DNA of 20,000 bases from an uncultured bacterium (lineage in GTDB: Bacteria > UBP4 > UBA4092): assembly GCA_964644695.1 (NCBI GenBank), contig CAZXWN010000014.1, positions 52,239-72,238 on the forward strand, in the 5' to 3' direction. Under the pieces are notes generated by a model. That model did no database searches. It saw only the letters and a list, made by a program, of their open reading frames with translations, and had not been told where the DNA came from. The position numbers and the translations under genes were made by a program. This document shows, one piece after another, positions 1 to 9,223 of this stretch (position 1 is the stretch's first letter; each line of letters opens with the position of its first letter).

Positions 1-2465
1 AAGGGTAACTTTCTACCATTAGTGAGCTTCTTCATGTCACTATTTCTGGAATCTCCACCAAACAACATTCTTTCATGTCCCCACACATTTGGAGACCCAT
101 GTCCAAAATAGATAATCTGATAATCTCCATCAGAGATAGCGTCAATGATGGCCTGATTAGCTTCCGGAGATATTTTTGAATCTTCACCCGTCGGTAAATA
201 ATAATTGTCGATAAATGGATAATCCTTCAAATTCAGAAACTTCCTGAATATTGATGGAGGCAATAGTGTTGCCATCTCCCTCGTATCTTCTTCAAACCCA
301 TCATCAGCAATCAATAAAACCCGATTTTTCCATATTCCCTTTTCGGGTTGGATTTCATAGTTGATTGTCTTTTTAAGGATAGATTCCACATCCTCGACAT
401 TATTTACTGAGATCCTGCCCAGTATAATATCTGGAAAGTGGTCCTTACCCGCCACTTGGGTATACCATAAATCAGAAGCGGATTCTTCCGCCAAAATAAA
501 CATGCGATAGGGTGGAATATAATTAACCACACCATTATGATTTTTCTCTTTATAATCACTCGTTCCATCCCCCAGAAACACTATGTATCCTGGAGTAGGC
601 CGCTTCCAAAAGCCAACGGTGTATCTAACAAAATCCTTGATAGCCTGTGGAGACAAGTTTCCACCAGAGAACTGGTCATAAATATCCTGCACATTTATGA
701 CCTTCACATTCAGTCCCTGCTTTTTACGATAATCTGCCAACCTCTGTGCCTGTACCAAAAAATCTGAGTGGGTAATTATCAGATAATCGGCTTGTTGTCG
801 GATATCTCTCAGATTAGCACCTGTCTGATATACCAACACCTCAGGCTGATAAGCATCCTCACTCAAGCCCTTTAAATAAGCCGTAATATCTGGACGTGCG
901 ACCAGGTATCCATCTGCTCCTTCCCTGCGAATGTCCGCGGGGAATAAATGTCCATTAGTATCCAAGGCATAAATGGGTGTTGCCCCATCGGGATAATTCT
1001 TCAATCGGTAAGCTCCAACCAAACTATCACTTTCGCTTCTTTGAACTAGATAGTCCCGATTTCCACTTCCCAAGGGATATCGGTATTTAAGCGTTAGATT
1101 GTCCATAAATACTTCATCATTCTGAGATGCAGGTGTCGTTACTTTGAGAATAAATGAGATTTGATGGAATCCAGGCTTCACCTGAATCGGAGTAAGATTT
1201 GCCTTATATGTAAATTCCGAAGTTCCTGTCCAATTGGATTGTCCAACATTTACCCCATCCCAGGTCATCGCCACCACATGGTTAATATTTCCTGCCTTAT
1301 TTTTCCCAACCATCTGTACTTCAACCTGAATACTGTCAGGACATTGTTCTACCCCTTCTGTATCTTTGATATTCAGGCGAATAGTAGCCGTAGTCTGGGT
1401 GGATAATGACGCCCAATACCAACGGGTTTTTCCACTCCCCGAAATGATTGGATTATCATCATACACGATATTTTCTTCATAGGTCTTAGTTGCGTCCTGA
1501 TAATCCCTGACCTTAAGTAAATTCACATCACCTGTCAGAGCCGGGATTTTCATTCGACTTATTTCACTGCCAGCCGATTTATTCCACGTTAACCAGTATG
1601 TCTGAGTTGCCGTATAGGGTGTATCAGGGATATCACCATAAAACACCAATTCGCCATTATTTAATAATTCCCTGGGAAACTGAACACTCTGACTGTTCTT
1701 GTAAATCATTAAATTATCTTTATCCTTGTCCAGCTTAAATCCAAATGATTCCAATTCATTCAAAGGAATATGCTGAAGTCCTGATTCTTTCACGATTACT
1801 CGAAGCCAGTTCATAGATGTATTCAACAAATCCGGAGCTCCCATACCAGGGATATTGGAAGCATCCTTCCACTGTTCTACCGGCAGAGCTCGCAGAGGGC
1901 TGTTATATTCATAATTTGCCAGCATATCCTGAAAAACAGGTTCCATTCCTGTACCGGCTTTCGATGGAGACGAAGCCAGGAGCGTTTCGGGCACCGACAC
2001 CTCAGAAGGAGTCAGATTAATAACCGCATTTTGAAGGGTTCCAGTCATGCCCTTATAATGTATCGACACCGGAACGATAACCCGGCCAACCCGAAAATCT
2101 CGTGCCCAACCAAGATTCTCAATTCGAATGGGATACTCCTTCTGTAATACCGTATCACTTGCCCAATCGACAGTAGTTTTATCTAAAGAATTTTCAGGGA
2201 ATAATATAAACTGACCACTTTTAATCTCAACCTTGGCATCCCGATCCGGAAATACAGCCAGAACAATTGTCTGTTGGCTGTATCCAAGACCCATGTTCTG
2301 GTCCTTTTGAAAGGATAATTGAATCTGTTTCCGGTTTGATTCGGTGATATTCCAGTTATTTAAAGGCTGCTGATTTGACTTGGATTGAGCCCCCAATACG
2401 GGCCCAATAAAGGCCGCCGCACAAAGCATTCCGATTAAATATCTAAATTTAAATATTAACTTCAT
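1..2465 (-). CDS. Secreted C25-family (gingipain/PorU-like) cysteine peptidase, 3'-truncated by the window edge
   Basis: Translated by hand: ATG at 2465 and no stop through position 1 (821 full codons). N-terminal signal peptide MKLIFKFRYLIGMLCAAAFIGPVLGAQ. PorU-like motifs WLRVIVKESGLQHI and LVFYGDIPDTPYTATQTYWLTW. C25 domain ADYLIITHSDF...VQDIYDQFSGG...FLGDGTSD...SDLWY...PDIILGRISV...YFGHGSPNVWGHE, with the putative catalytic His codon at 99-101. Confidence 0.9.
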   Translation of the reverse strand, partial: MKLIFKFRYLIGMLCAAAFIGPVLGAQSKSNQQPLNNWNITESNRKQIQLSFQKDQNMGLGYSQQTIVLAVFPDRDAKVEIKSGQFILFPENSLDKTTVDWASDTVLQKEYPIRIENLGWARDFRVGRVIVPVSIHYKGMTGTLQNAVINLTPSEVSVPETLLASSPSKAGTGMEPVFQDMLANYEYNSPLRALPVEQWKDASNIPGMGAPDLLNTSMNWLRVIVKESGLQHIPLNELESFGFKLDKDKDNLMIYKNSQSVQFPRELLNNGELVFYGDIPDTPYTATQTYWLTWNKSAGSEISRMKIPALTGDVNLLKVRDYQDATKTYEENIVYDDNPIISGSGKTRWYWASLSTQTTATIRLNIKDTEGVEQCPDSIQVEVQMVGKNKAGNINHVVAMTWDGVNVGQSNWTGTSEFTYKANLTPIQVKPGFHQISFILKVTTPASQNDEVFMDNLTLKYRYPLGSGNRDYLVQRSESDSLVGAYRLKNYPDGATPIYALDTNGHLFPADIRREGADGYLVARPDITAYLKGLSEDAYQPEVLVYQTGANLRDIRQQADYLIITHSDFLVQAQRLADYRKKQGLNVKVINVQDIYDQFSGGNLSPQAIKDFVRYTVGFWKRPTPGYIVFLGDGTSDYKEKNHNGVVNYIPPYRMFILAEESASDLWYTQVAGKDHFPDIILGRISVNNVEDVESILKKTINYEIQPEKGIWKNRVLLIADDGFEEDTREMATLLPPSIFRKFLNLKDYPFIDNYYLPTGEDSKISPEANQAIIDAISDGDYQIIYFGHGSPNVWGHERMLFGGDSRNSDMKKLTNGRKLP

Positions 2466-2591
2466 ATCCTTAACCTATTCTTATTTGGTAAAATAATATA
2501 CAAATGTCTCTATAAAAGAATAGAGACTCATCTATAATTATGGATGGAACTGTTCATTCTGTCCAAACAAGTTCATCTCCAGCCAACCCGC

Positions 2592-2677
2592 GGAGGGTTA
2601 TCCTAACTGGTAAGGAACCGGTCTTGAAAACCGGCGGCCTCACGGCCTTGAGGGTTCGAGCCCCCCACCCTCCGCCA
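2592..2677 (+). tRNA. tRNA-Ser (anticodon TGA)
   Basis: Acceptor stem GGAGGGT/ACCCTCC, discriminator G, encoded CCA. D-arm TCCT...AGGA with GG. Anticodon arm CCGGT-CTTGAAA-ACCGG. Long variable arm GGCC-TCAC-GGCC. T-loop TTCGAGC. Confidence 0.97.
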
Positions 2678-2825
2678 TTTTCTTTATATCACTATAATAT
2701 CGATTTACTTACCACTGTGTTTACATCTTGGACCACTTTTGTGGACACTGGGTAACCAATATAACTAAAGTATCAACCCAGAACATCCGGACAACCAGGG
2801 TATTTCTCGGTAGAATAGAGGCATT

Positions 2826-4979
2826 ATGAAATGGATGGAAATTGTGGCACCCGGTGGACAACCGGAAAGCCTGAAGGCGGCCGTACTGGCCGGAGCAGAT
2901 GCCGTTTATCTGGGACTAAAAGGATTGGGTGCCCGCCGATTGGCCACCAATTTTACAGTAGATGAATTAATCGAATACATTGACTGGGCACATCTTCGAG
3001 GAGTCCGCCTTTACCTGACACTCAATACCCTCATGACAGATGAAGAAATAGAATCTGTCTATGATGAAGTAAAACGCCTCTATGAAGCCGGATTGGATGG
3101 AATCATTATCCAGGACCTGGGTGTCTTAAAATTCATTAAAACTCATTTCCCCGGATTTCATATCCATGCCAGCACCCAGATGACCTGTGCTAACCATGAA
3201 GAAGCAGAATATCTCCGTAGTCTCGGAATTCATCGACTTGTCCCTGCCCGTGAATTATCTATCCCCGAATTAGCTGACTTAAAAAAACAAACCGATATTG
3301 AACTGGAAGTTTTTGTTTCAGGAGCTCTGTGTGTTTCATACTCCGGAAATTGTTATTTATCCTCATTTATAGGCGGCCGGAGTGGTAACCGCGGGATGTG
3401 TACCCAGGCGTGCCGGCGTCCCTATGAAAATGAACATCGTGAAATGGGTTATTATCTCAGCCCAAAAGACCAGATCATGGGCAAACCTGAACTTGAAAAA
3501 CTGGCAGAAGCTGGAATTGATGCGCTTAAACTTGAGGGCCGAATGAAAACAGCCGTATATGTTTATGCGGCCGTTAAAAATATCCACAGAATCATGGCTG
3601 GGGTAAAAGCTGAAAACTTAATGCCCCGGCTTTTTAATCGGGGCTATTCCAGAGGGTATATGTATGGGGCAAAAGACCTGATCAATACCCGGTATGCATC
3701 GAATCATGGAGTCTCTATCGGAGAATGTGATGGGAATTGGATCAAATTATCCGAGCCGGTGATAACCGGCGATGGATTATCATTCCTTGACCGGAATGAA
3801 AAAGTCCTCGGGGGTGAATACCTGAGTAAAATCAGAATCAAAGGTGATCCCACCATCCACAAATCAGCGCGTGCGGGTCAGGTTATCCAAATCCCGGAAA
3901 TGTCTGGTGGCACAGTCTATGTCTATAAAACATTTGATAAAGCGCTCAATGACGAATTAGAGCATGACCTCAAACAGGTCAAACGAAGATTACCCATTAC
4001 AGGGGAGTTAACAGCCCACACAGGAAAACCTTTAACCTTATCTTTCCAGTATAAGAACTTCGAAGTCACCGCAACCGGCCTCACCTTGGAGGCAGCATCA
4101 AATCGAGTGTTGGATGGAGATGATATCCGAGAGAAAGTATCTGAATTAGGAGATACCACTTTCGAATTGACGGCTCTTAAACTACATTATGATGAAGCCT
4201 GTTTCATTCCCTTAAAAGAATTAAAGAATCTGAAACGAGAGGCTGCCTGGCAGTTAGCTGAATCATTGGTCAAGTCTTACCGCAGAAAGGATACCCATCC
4301 TTTTACTCCTTTCCATACAGAAGATACTCGTGCCAAGGATCCCATTTGGGCCGCCTGTGTCACCGAACCCTGGCAGGAAGAAATCTGCCGAAACTATGGC
4401 ATTGAAAAAATCTATTATCGGGGTGCGGATGCCGCCCGTCAGGGAAATCTGGATTCCATTGATTTAGATTCTCCAATGGCTCGAAATCTTTATCAACTCC
4501 TGAAAAATCGAAATTCCAAAGTTACCCTGGATTGGAACTTCAATATCACCAATTCCGCCGCATTTTCCCAATATGCCCAACTTCCTCAGGTGGATACCAT
4601 TTACCTGTCTCCTGAATTAAATCTGGAACAAGTGGCTCTGGTAAAAGGTACCGGGGCAAAAAAAGGATTGGTTATTTATGGGAATCTGACCGGGATGTAT
4701 ATTGAGACTCGAATATTTCCGGAGAACTATCAGGAATTCACGAATGATGCTAATGATAAATTCCGTGCCGTCATTAATAAATTTGGAAACACAGAAATAT
4801 ATCTTTATGAACCGATGAATTTGATTCCACGATTGGATGAAATCCTGGCATTAGGACTGGATGAACTTCGGTTGGATTTCCAGTTTGAGACTCCCGAACA
4901 GATAGCCCAAATCCTTCAAGCTCGTAATACGAGAAACACATCTTATACCCCTTATAATTTCGACCGGGGCTTGATGTAA
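2826..4979 (+). CDS. Peptidase U32-family protein, long form with probable DUF3656; RlhA-like prephenate-dependent RNA hydroxylase
   Basis: EIVAPGG...AGADAVYLG, LYLTLNT, IIQDLG, HASTQM, ARELS and LKLEGR motifs. Fe-S Cys cluster EVFVSGALCVSYSGNC...NRGMCTQACR. RBS GAGG at 2818-2821. Confidence 0.9.
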   Translation: MKWMEIVAPGGQPESLKAAVLAGADAVYLGLKGLGARRLATNFTVDELIEYIDWAHLRGVRLYLTLNTLMTDEEIESVYDEVKRLYEAGLDGIIIQDLGVLKFIKTHFPGFHIHASTQMTCANHEEAEYLRSLGIHRLVPARELSIPELADLKKQTDIELEVFVSGALCVSYSGNCYLSSFIGGRSGNRGMCTQACRRPYENEHREMGYYLSPKDQIMGKPELEKLAEAGIDALKLEGRMKTAVYVYAAVKNIHRIMAGVKAENLMPRLFNRGYSRGYMYGAKDLINTRYASNHGVSIGECDGNWIKLSEPVITGDGLSFLDRNEKVLGGEYLSKIRIKGDPTIHKSARAGQVIQIPEMSGGTVYVYKTFDKALNDELEHDLKQVKRRLPITGELTAHTGKPLTLSFQYKNFEVTATGLTLEAASNRVLDGDDIREKVSELGDTTFELTALKLHYDEACFIPLKELKNLKREAAWQLAESLVKSYRRKDTHPFTPFHTEDTRAKDPIWAACVTEPWQEEICRNYGIEKIYYRGADAARQGNLDSIDLDSPMARNLYQLLKNRNSKVTLDWNFNITNSAAFSQYAQLPQVDTIYLSPELNLEQVALVKGTGAKKGLVIYGNLTGMYIETRIFPENYQEFTNDANDKFRAVINKFGNTEIYLYEPMNLIPRLDEILALGLDELRLDFQFETPEQIAQILQARNTRNTSYTPYNFDRGLM

Positions 4980-5036
4980 CAGGCCGTCTTGGCTAAAATG
5001 ACCCGTTGTGTTTTCTTGAATTGAAGGGACTTTGTC

Positions 5037-6569
5037 ATGGTGAAACCTGTCCGACTAACCTGTCTGGATATACTCCGGGGATTGGCAATCTTTGGAATGA
5101 CTCTTGTTGCCATTCAGCCCGGTGGAATGCCGTTATGGATGTATCATGCTCAAGATCCGCCCACTGGATATAACCCAAGTATTCCGGGAATCACCTGGGT
5201 TGACCTGATTTACCCCTTTTTCATGTTTTCACTGGGAGCCGCCGTTCCATTTGCTCTTACCCGCCGGTTAGAATCCGGAGTTTCCACTCCAAAGATTATC
5301 GGGCATGTATTCTGGCGGGCTTTCCTGATGGCCATTTTCGCCCTCTACTTGGGATACTGGTACCCCTGGGGATATGGTGCTTCACCGACAGATAACCGCT
5401 GGATATTCTGGAGAACACTGGCTGGATTTTTCTGTCTGGTCTTTTTCTTCAGTCGAATCCCGGGATTATCAGATGCCAAAGACAAAACCAAAAAAGCTCT
5501 CTCCATTCTGCTAAAAATTACAGGATTAGCAGGAATAATCGCTCTATTACTCACCCGCCAACAATTCGATTCAGCCACGGGCACCTGGATAAACGGATTT
5601 GATGGGAATGGGATGGACTGGGTCATTTATCGACTGGCGCAATCCTATATTCTGGCATCTATCGTCTGGCTGATGACCCGAAATAAAACAAACCTCCGAT
5701 GGGGTATTATCGCCTTATTAGTAGGATTACGGCTTCACCATGATGCGGGAGGACAGCTCAGTATCCACATCAAAGAATACCTTTCCACAGAATCCTGGTT
5801 CCAGGTTCTCATCGGTTGGATTCCTCTCTATCAGCAACCGCCCTGGGCTTATTTTGCTCAAACCTTCAAATGGTTGATTGACCCTGCCGTTTACCATGAC
5901 ACAGCCTTGATTGCCCTGATGGGAACAGTGTTTGGGGATATCATGTTCAAACACCAGAAAGAGTCTTCTGCAACAACATCGGCATCCAAGATATCTTTCT
6001 TTCAAACCGCAGGACTCCTGACAGGACTTCCGTCCCTTACAGTAATAGGTTTGATTTTTTACTTCATCCGTCGCCCTGAAATGGGACTCGTTCTCAGTGT
6101 GTTCATCATGGCTGGATTGTGGTTTATTCTCACAAAAATCACCGATGATTCATTGAAAAATCTATTGAAACAGTTATGCGGCTATGGATTTCTTTTACTC
6201 ACACTGGGATATCTGTTTGATGCCGTGGGAACAGGTATCAGGAAGGAACCTTCCAACCTGTCGTTTTACTTTGCTACCTCAGGGATGGCCTTCACCCTGC
6301 TGGCATTTCTTTATCTACTATCCGATTACCTGAAATGGGGGAAAACCCTGAACTGGCTTCGAGAGGCAGGGTCCAATCCCATGTTGGGATATATTGCGGC
6401 CCGGCATTGCCTGTTCATGGTAATGCACCTTACCGGACTTGCCATCCTGTTGGAAACACCCGTCATGAATAACACCTATCTCTACTTCGGATATTGTTTC
6501 TTTCTGACTTTGGTAGGGCTTTATTTCACGGTCTGGCTGACCCGATGGAAAGTTATTATGCGAATTTAA
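5037..6569 (+). CDS. DUF5009 / heparan-alpha-glucosaminide N-acetyltransferase-like multi-pass membrane protein
   Basis: RLTCLDILRGLAIFGM, WMYHAQDPP, GITWVDLIYPFFMFSLGAAVPFAL, GIRKEPSNLSFYFATSG and GSNPMLGY motifs; many hydrophobic helices. Confidence 0.8.
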   Translation: MVKPVRLTCLDILRGLAIFGMTLVAIQPGGMPLWMYHAQDPPTGYNPSIPGITWVDLIYPFFMFSLGAAVPFALTRRLESGVSTPKIIGHVFWRAFLMAIFALYLGYWYPWGYGASPTDNRWIFWRTLAGFFCLVFFFSRIPGLSDAKDKTKKALSILLKITGLAGIIALLLTRQQFDSATGTWINGFDGNGMDWVIYRLAQSYILASIVWLMTRNKTNLRWGIIALLVGLRLHHDAGGQLSIHIKEYLSTESWFQVLIGWIPLYQQPPWAYFAQTFKWLIDPAVYHDTALIALMGTVFGDIMFKHQKESSATTSASKISFFQTAGLLTGLPSLTVIGLIFYFIRRPEMGLVLSVFIMAGLWFILTKITDDSLKNLLKQLCGYGFLLLTLGYLFDAVGTGIRKEPSNLSFYFATSGMAFTLLAFLYLLSDYLKWGKTLNWLREAGSNPMLGYIAARHCLFMVMHLTGLAILLETPVMNNTYLYFGYCFFLTLVGLYFTVWLTRWKVIMRI

Positions 6570-6650
6570 CATTTTTCCAGAATCGGGATTATTCCCAAAC
6601 CTTTATGGAGACTGTTATGATTCATAATTAACATTTACTGGATAAACAAT

Positions 6651-7376
6651 ATGCCCAAACCTGTTTCACAACTGAAAGCCGTTTTCTTTGATCTGGATGA
6701 TACTATCTATGACCACCGTCATTCCTGTATGTGTGGTCTTTCCAAATTACGGGAAATTTACCCACCTCTTCAGGATTATGAAGTAGGCCATCTGGAAGCA
6801 GATTACCTTCTCCGGCTGAACATTCTTCATGAACTCCTGTTACAGGGATTGATTACTCAGGAAGAGTCTCGATATAAACGCATCGGGGGGACTTTGAATC
6901 AACACGGGGTCCATCTGGAAGGACAGGAAATGGAACAGGCCTGCCGGATTTATGAAGCAGGATATAAAGAGTCCCGCCGTCCTGTACCGGGAATGATGGA
7001 ACTCATCATTGACCTTCGTACAAAAGGCATTCCTTCCAGTATTATCACCAACGGATTTAATAATATTCAGGAAGATAAACTCCAGGCAACCGGGTTAGAT
7101 AAAATCATTGATTTCATGATTACCTCTGAAACAGCAGGGACAGCCAAACCCGATCCGGATATTTTCCAAATGGCGATGGATCGGTATCACATTACACCGG
7201 AACAAACCCTGATGGTGGGAGATAACTGGAATATTGATATTCTGGGGGGCGTTAATGCAGGAATTCCAACCGTCTGGATAAACAGACGGGGATATGCCTG
7301 TCCTGACCCTTCTCAAGCCTACGAAATCAAAACAGCTGAAGAATTACGCGCTTTGCTCCAACCCTTCCTGAATTGA
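6651..7376 (+). CDS. HAD-superfamily hydrolase (YjjG/YfnB-like nucleotidase/phosphatase)
   Basis: Motif I FFDLDDTI, motif II ITNG, motif III KPDPDIF, motif IV MVGDNWNIDILG. Confidence 0.9.
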   Translation: MPKPVSQLKAVFFDLDDTIYDHRHSCMCGLSKLREIYPPLQDYEVGHLEADYLLRLNILHELLLQGLITQEESRYKRIGGTLNQHGVHLEGQEMEQACRIYEAGYKESRRPVPGMMELIIDLRTKGIPSSIITNGFNNIQEDKLQATGLDKIIDFMITSETAGTAKPDPDIFQMAMDRYHITPEQTLMVGDNWNIDILGGVNAGIPTVWINRRGYACPDPSQAYEIKTAEELRALLQPFLN

Positions 7377-7392
7377 TATTCAGACCGTACAT

Positions 7393-7803
7393 TTAGCTAA
7401 AACATCCTAATACAGCTGATAATGCAAATATAAAACTGTAAACAGCTTTGCCTGCAAATATACAGATTAGTTTAAAGGTATAACTCCTCAGAAATGCAAA
7501 CAGTATAAAAATACTAAAAGGAATATAAACAAATAACTGCAGAAGATGGGTGGTTTTATATTGTGGGGTTCTGAATGGAAGGGACAAAACATCCCATCCC
7601 CTGTTGATGAGAAAGGCTATGAAAACATAAACAGCAATCTCAATACCCATGAAAATACCTAATAAGGATAAAATCCAGCATAAGAAATAAAAGGGAGCCA
7701 TCGTCTTAAGAGATTCACTGGGACAAGTGAAACAATACCGAATTAAACAATATAGCCAATAGACCACCAATAAAACAGCAAAAAACATCCCCATTTCATT
7801 CAT
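7393..7803 (-). CDS. Hypothetical membrane protein (about 4 TM helices)
   Basis: 136-aa hydrophobic ORF whose start overlaps the stop of the upstream gene (8-nt overlap, suggesting translational coupling); convergent with the HAD gene. Confidence 0.6.
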   Translation of the reverse strand: MNEMGMFFAVLLVVYWLYCLIRYCFTCPSESLKTMAPFYFLCWILSLLGIFMGIEIAVYVFIAFLINRGWDVLSLPFRTPQYKTTHLLQLFVYIPFSIFILFAFLRSYTFKLICIFAGKAVYSFIFALSAVLGCFS

Positions 7804-8257
7804 TTTTACTTAGCCTCATCCGATATATTCCACAACTCACAAAAACACAGGATACGAACAACATCATCACAATTAATTGAACTGTTTCTTCTATTTCAGA
7901 ATACCAATCATAATGGCTCAAAAAATCTGGATTATCAAAATCAAGGGAATATGTAGGGAAAGGGGTTATATTAACAAACTGTCCGCTGTCTTTCACATAA
8001 ACATCCATTTTAGTGATAGAAAATGCATTCACAATCATACTTTCATTACCCATCAAATCAACTCTCTTTTTGATTATGGATGCTGGATTTTGAGCAGATT
8101 CACGGATGCCGTCCTGAACCGACTTATGGATTTTCCCCATTTCACTGAAAAACAAGGTCATTTCAATCACACAAAAGACACTGAGTATCACCCCGATAAT
8201 TAAAAAAACGTCCCATTTCTTAGTGTTTCTCACCCTTGTATTTTCGGCATTGCTCAT
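7796..8257 (-). CDS. Hypothetical membrane protein (2 TM helices flanking an extracytoplasmic loop)
   Basis: The ORF track starts at 8281, but a strong SD GGGAGAGGTGG at 8266-8276 favours the ATG at 8257. Hydrophobic N- and C-terminal helices. Confidence 0.65.
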   Translation of the reverse strand: MSNAENTRVRNTKKWDVFLIIGVILSVFCVIEMTLFFSEMGKIHKSVQDGIRESAQNPASIIKKRVDLMGNESMIVNAFSITKMDVYVKDSGQFVNITPFPTYSLDFDNPDFLSHYDWYSEIEETVQLIVMMLFVSCVFVSCGIYRMRLSKNE

Positions 8258-8323
8258 AACAATGGCCACCTCTCCCACCATAAAGGTATCGTATCAGCGA
8301 TAAAACTCGTCTCCAATATTACA

Positions 8324-8770
8324 TTACTCTGTTGTGGTAACACCCAAGGAAACTATTTTGTCATCATAAATCATATAGGTTTTAAAAATCCCTTTAGGGA
8401 TCACTTTCGGTTCAAAGTATATACTGGATTCAGAATTTTTTATATTTTCATCAACAAAATACATATCTTTATATTGATATCGGATCTCTTTTGTTTTCAT
8501 TGGAACACTGGCTGTGTCACTATGCCGAGGACATTCCACTTCTTCTGTCTTTCCATTTTTTAATACGGCTGTTATTTTAACTTTATAACCGGGGACATAT
8601 ACCACATATCGAGTGTCGCCAACATATTGAACTTCATAAAAATTAAAATAATACTCCCAGGCAGGATTAATAAACCCATAGTAAATAAATGCTGGCACAA
8701 GAAATGTCACAAATAACAATGAAACACCTATTAATCCCTTTAGCAGGCAGCCTACCTTTTTATCACCCAT
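8324..8770 (-). CDS. Hypothetical membrane-anchored protein
   Basis: SD GGAGGGGG just upstream of the ATG at 8770 (ORF track extends to 8794). One N-terminal TM helix followed by a soluble beta-rich domain. Confidence 0.65.
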   Translation of the reverse strand: MGDKKVGCLLKGLIGVSLLFVTFLVPAFIYYGFINPAWEYYFNFYEVQYVGDTRYVVYVPGYKVKITAVLKNGKTEEVECPRHSDTASVPMKTKEIRYQYKDMYFVDENIKNSESSIYFEPKVIPKGIFKTYMIYDDKIVSLGVTTTE

Positions 8771-8860
8771 ATTTATATCCCCCTCCATTTTCAAAATACT
8801 AGCCCAAAGAAAATATTGGTCATGATTCCAATTCTAAAATTATCAGCACCTTAGATTTGC

Positions 8861-9223
8861 CTATCTTACATACGCTTCCCGGGATTTCAAAAGAGGAATT
8901 AGGAGTAACCAAAATAGTAAGCCGTAATTCCAGGAAAAACGAGCCATGCCATGTGGTATATCAATGTGAAAAAGACCATTAAATGCCTGTTTAAAGAGTA
9001 TCGGCAAAACCACAAATACTAATAATATTTTCCAGATAGAATTGATTTCATGATCAGGAAAGAAAAACGAAGAGAAAGCGTAGGAAGCAAATGCTATGAA
9101 TAAAACAAAAAGACAATTCATCATGCTCGAAAAGAAATCCGGGTGAGTTATCACATCATAAAAACCAAAGGTAATGAATAATCCCATCCCAAAATAGAAT
9201 TTTCTTTTATTCGTTTTCCACAT
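8861..9223 (-). CDS. Hypothetical membrane protein (about 4 TM helices)
   Basis: 120-aa Phe-rich hydrophobic ORF with SD GGGAGAGGTG at 9228-9237. Confidence 0.65.
   Translation of the reverse strand: MWKTNKRKFYFGMGLFITFGFYDVITHPDFFSSMMNCLFVLFIAFASYAFSSFFFPDHEINSIWKILLVFVVLPILFKQAFNGLFHIDIPHGMARFSWNYGLLFWLLLIPLLKSREAYVR

Noticed and set aside
537..2020. Plus-strand ORFs 537-767, 1161-1406 and 1817-2020
   Set aside because: Antisense shadows of the C25 peptidase gene, with no recognisable motifs.
2592..2677. tRNA-Sec or opal suppressor interpretation
   Set aside because: The anticodon is TGA (reads UCA, Ser), not TCA, and the acceptor stem is a standard 7 bp.
2540..2755. 71-aa ORF
   Set aside because: Overlaps the tRNA-Ser gene.
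7377..8860. Integron attC sites between the small membrane genes
   Set aside because: The spacers lack RYYYAAC...GTTRRRY boxes and long imperfect palindromes, and no intI is present.
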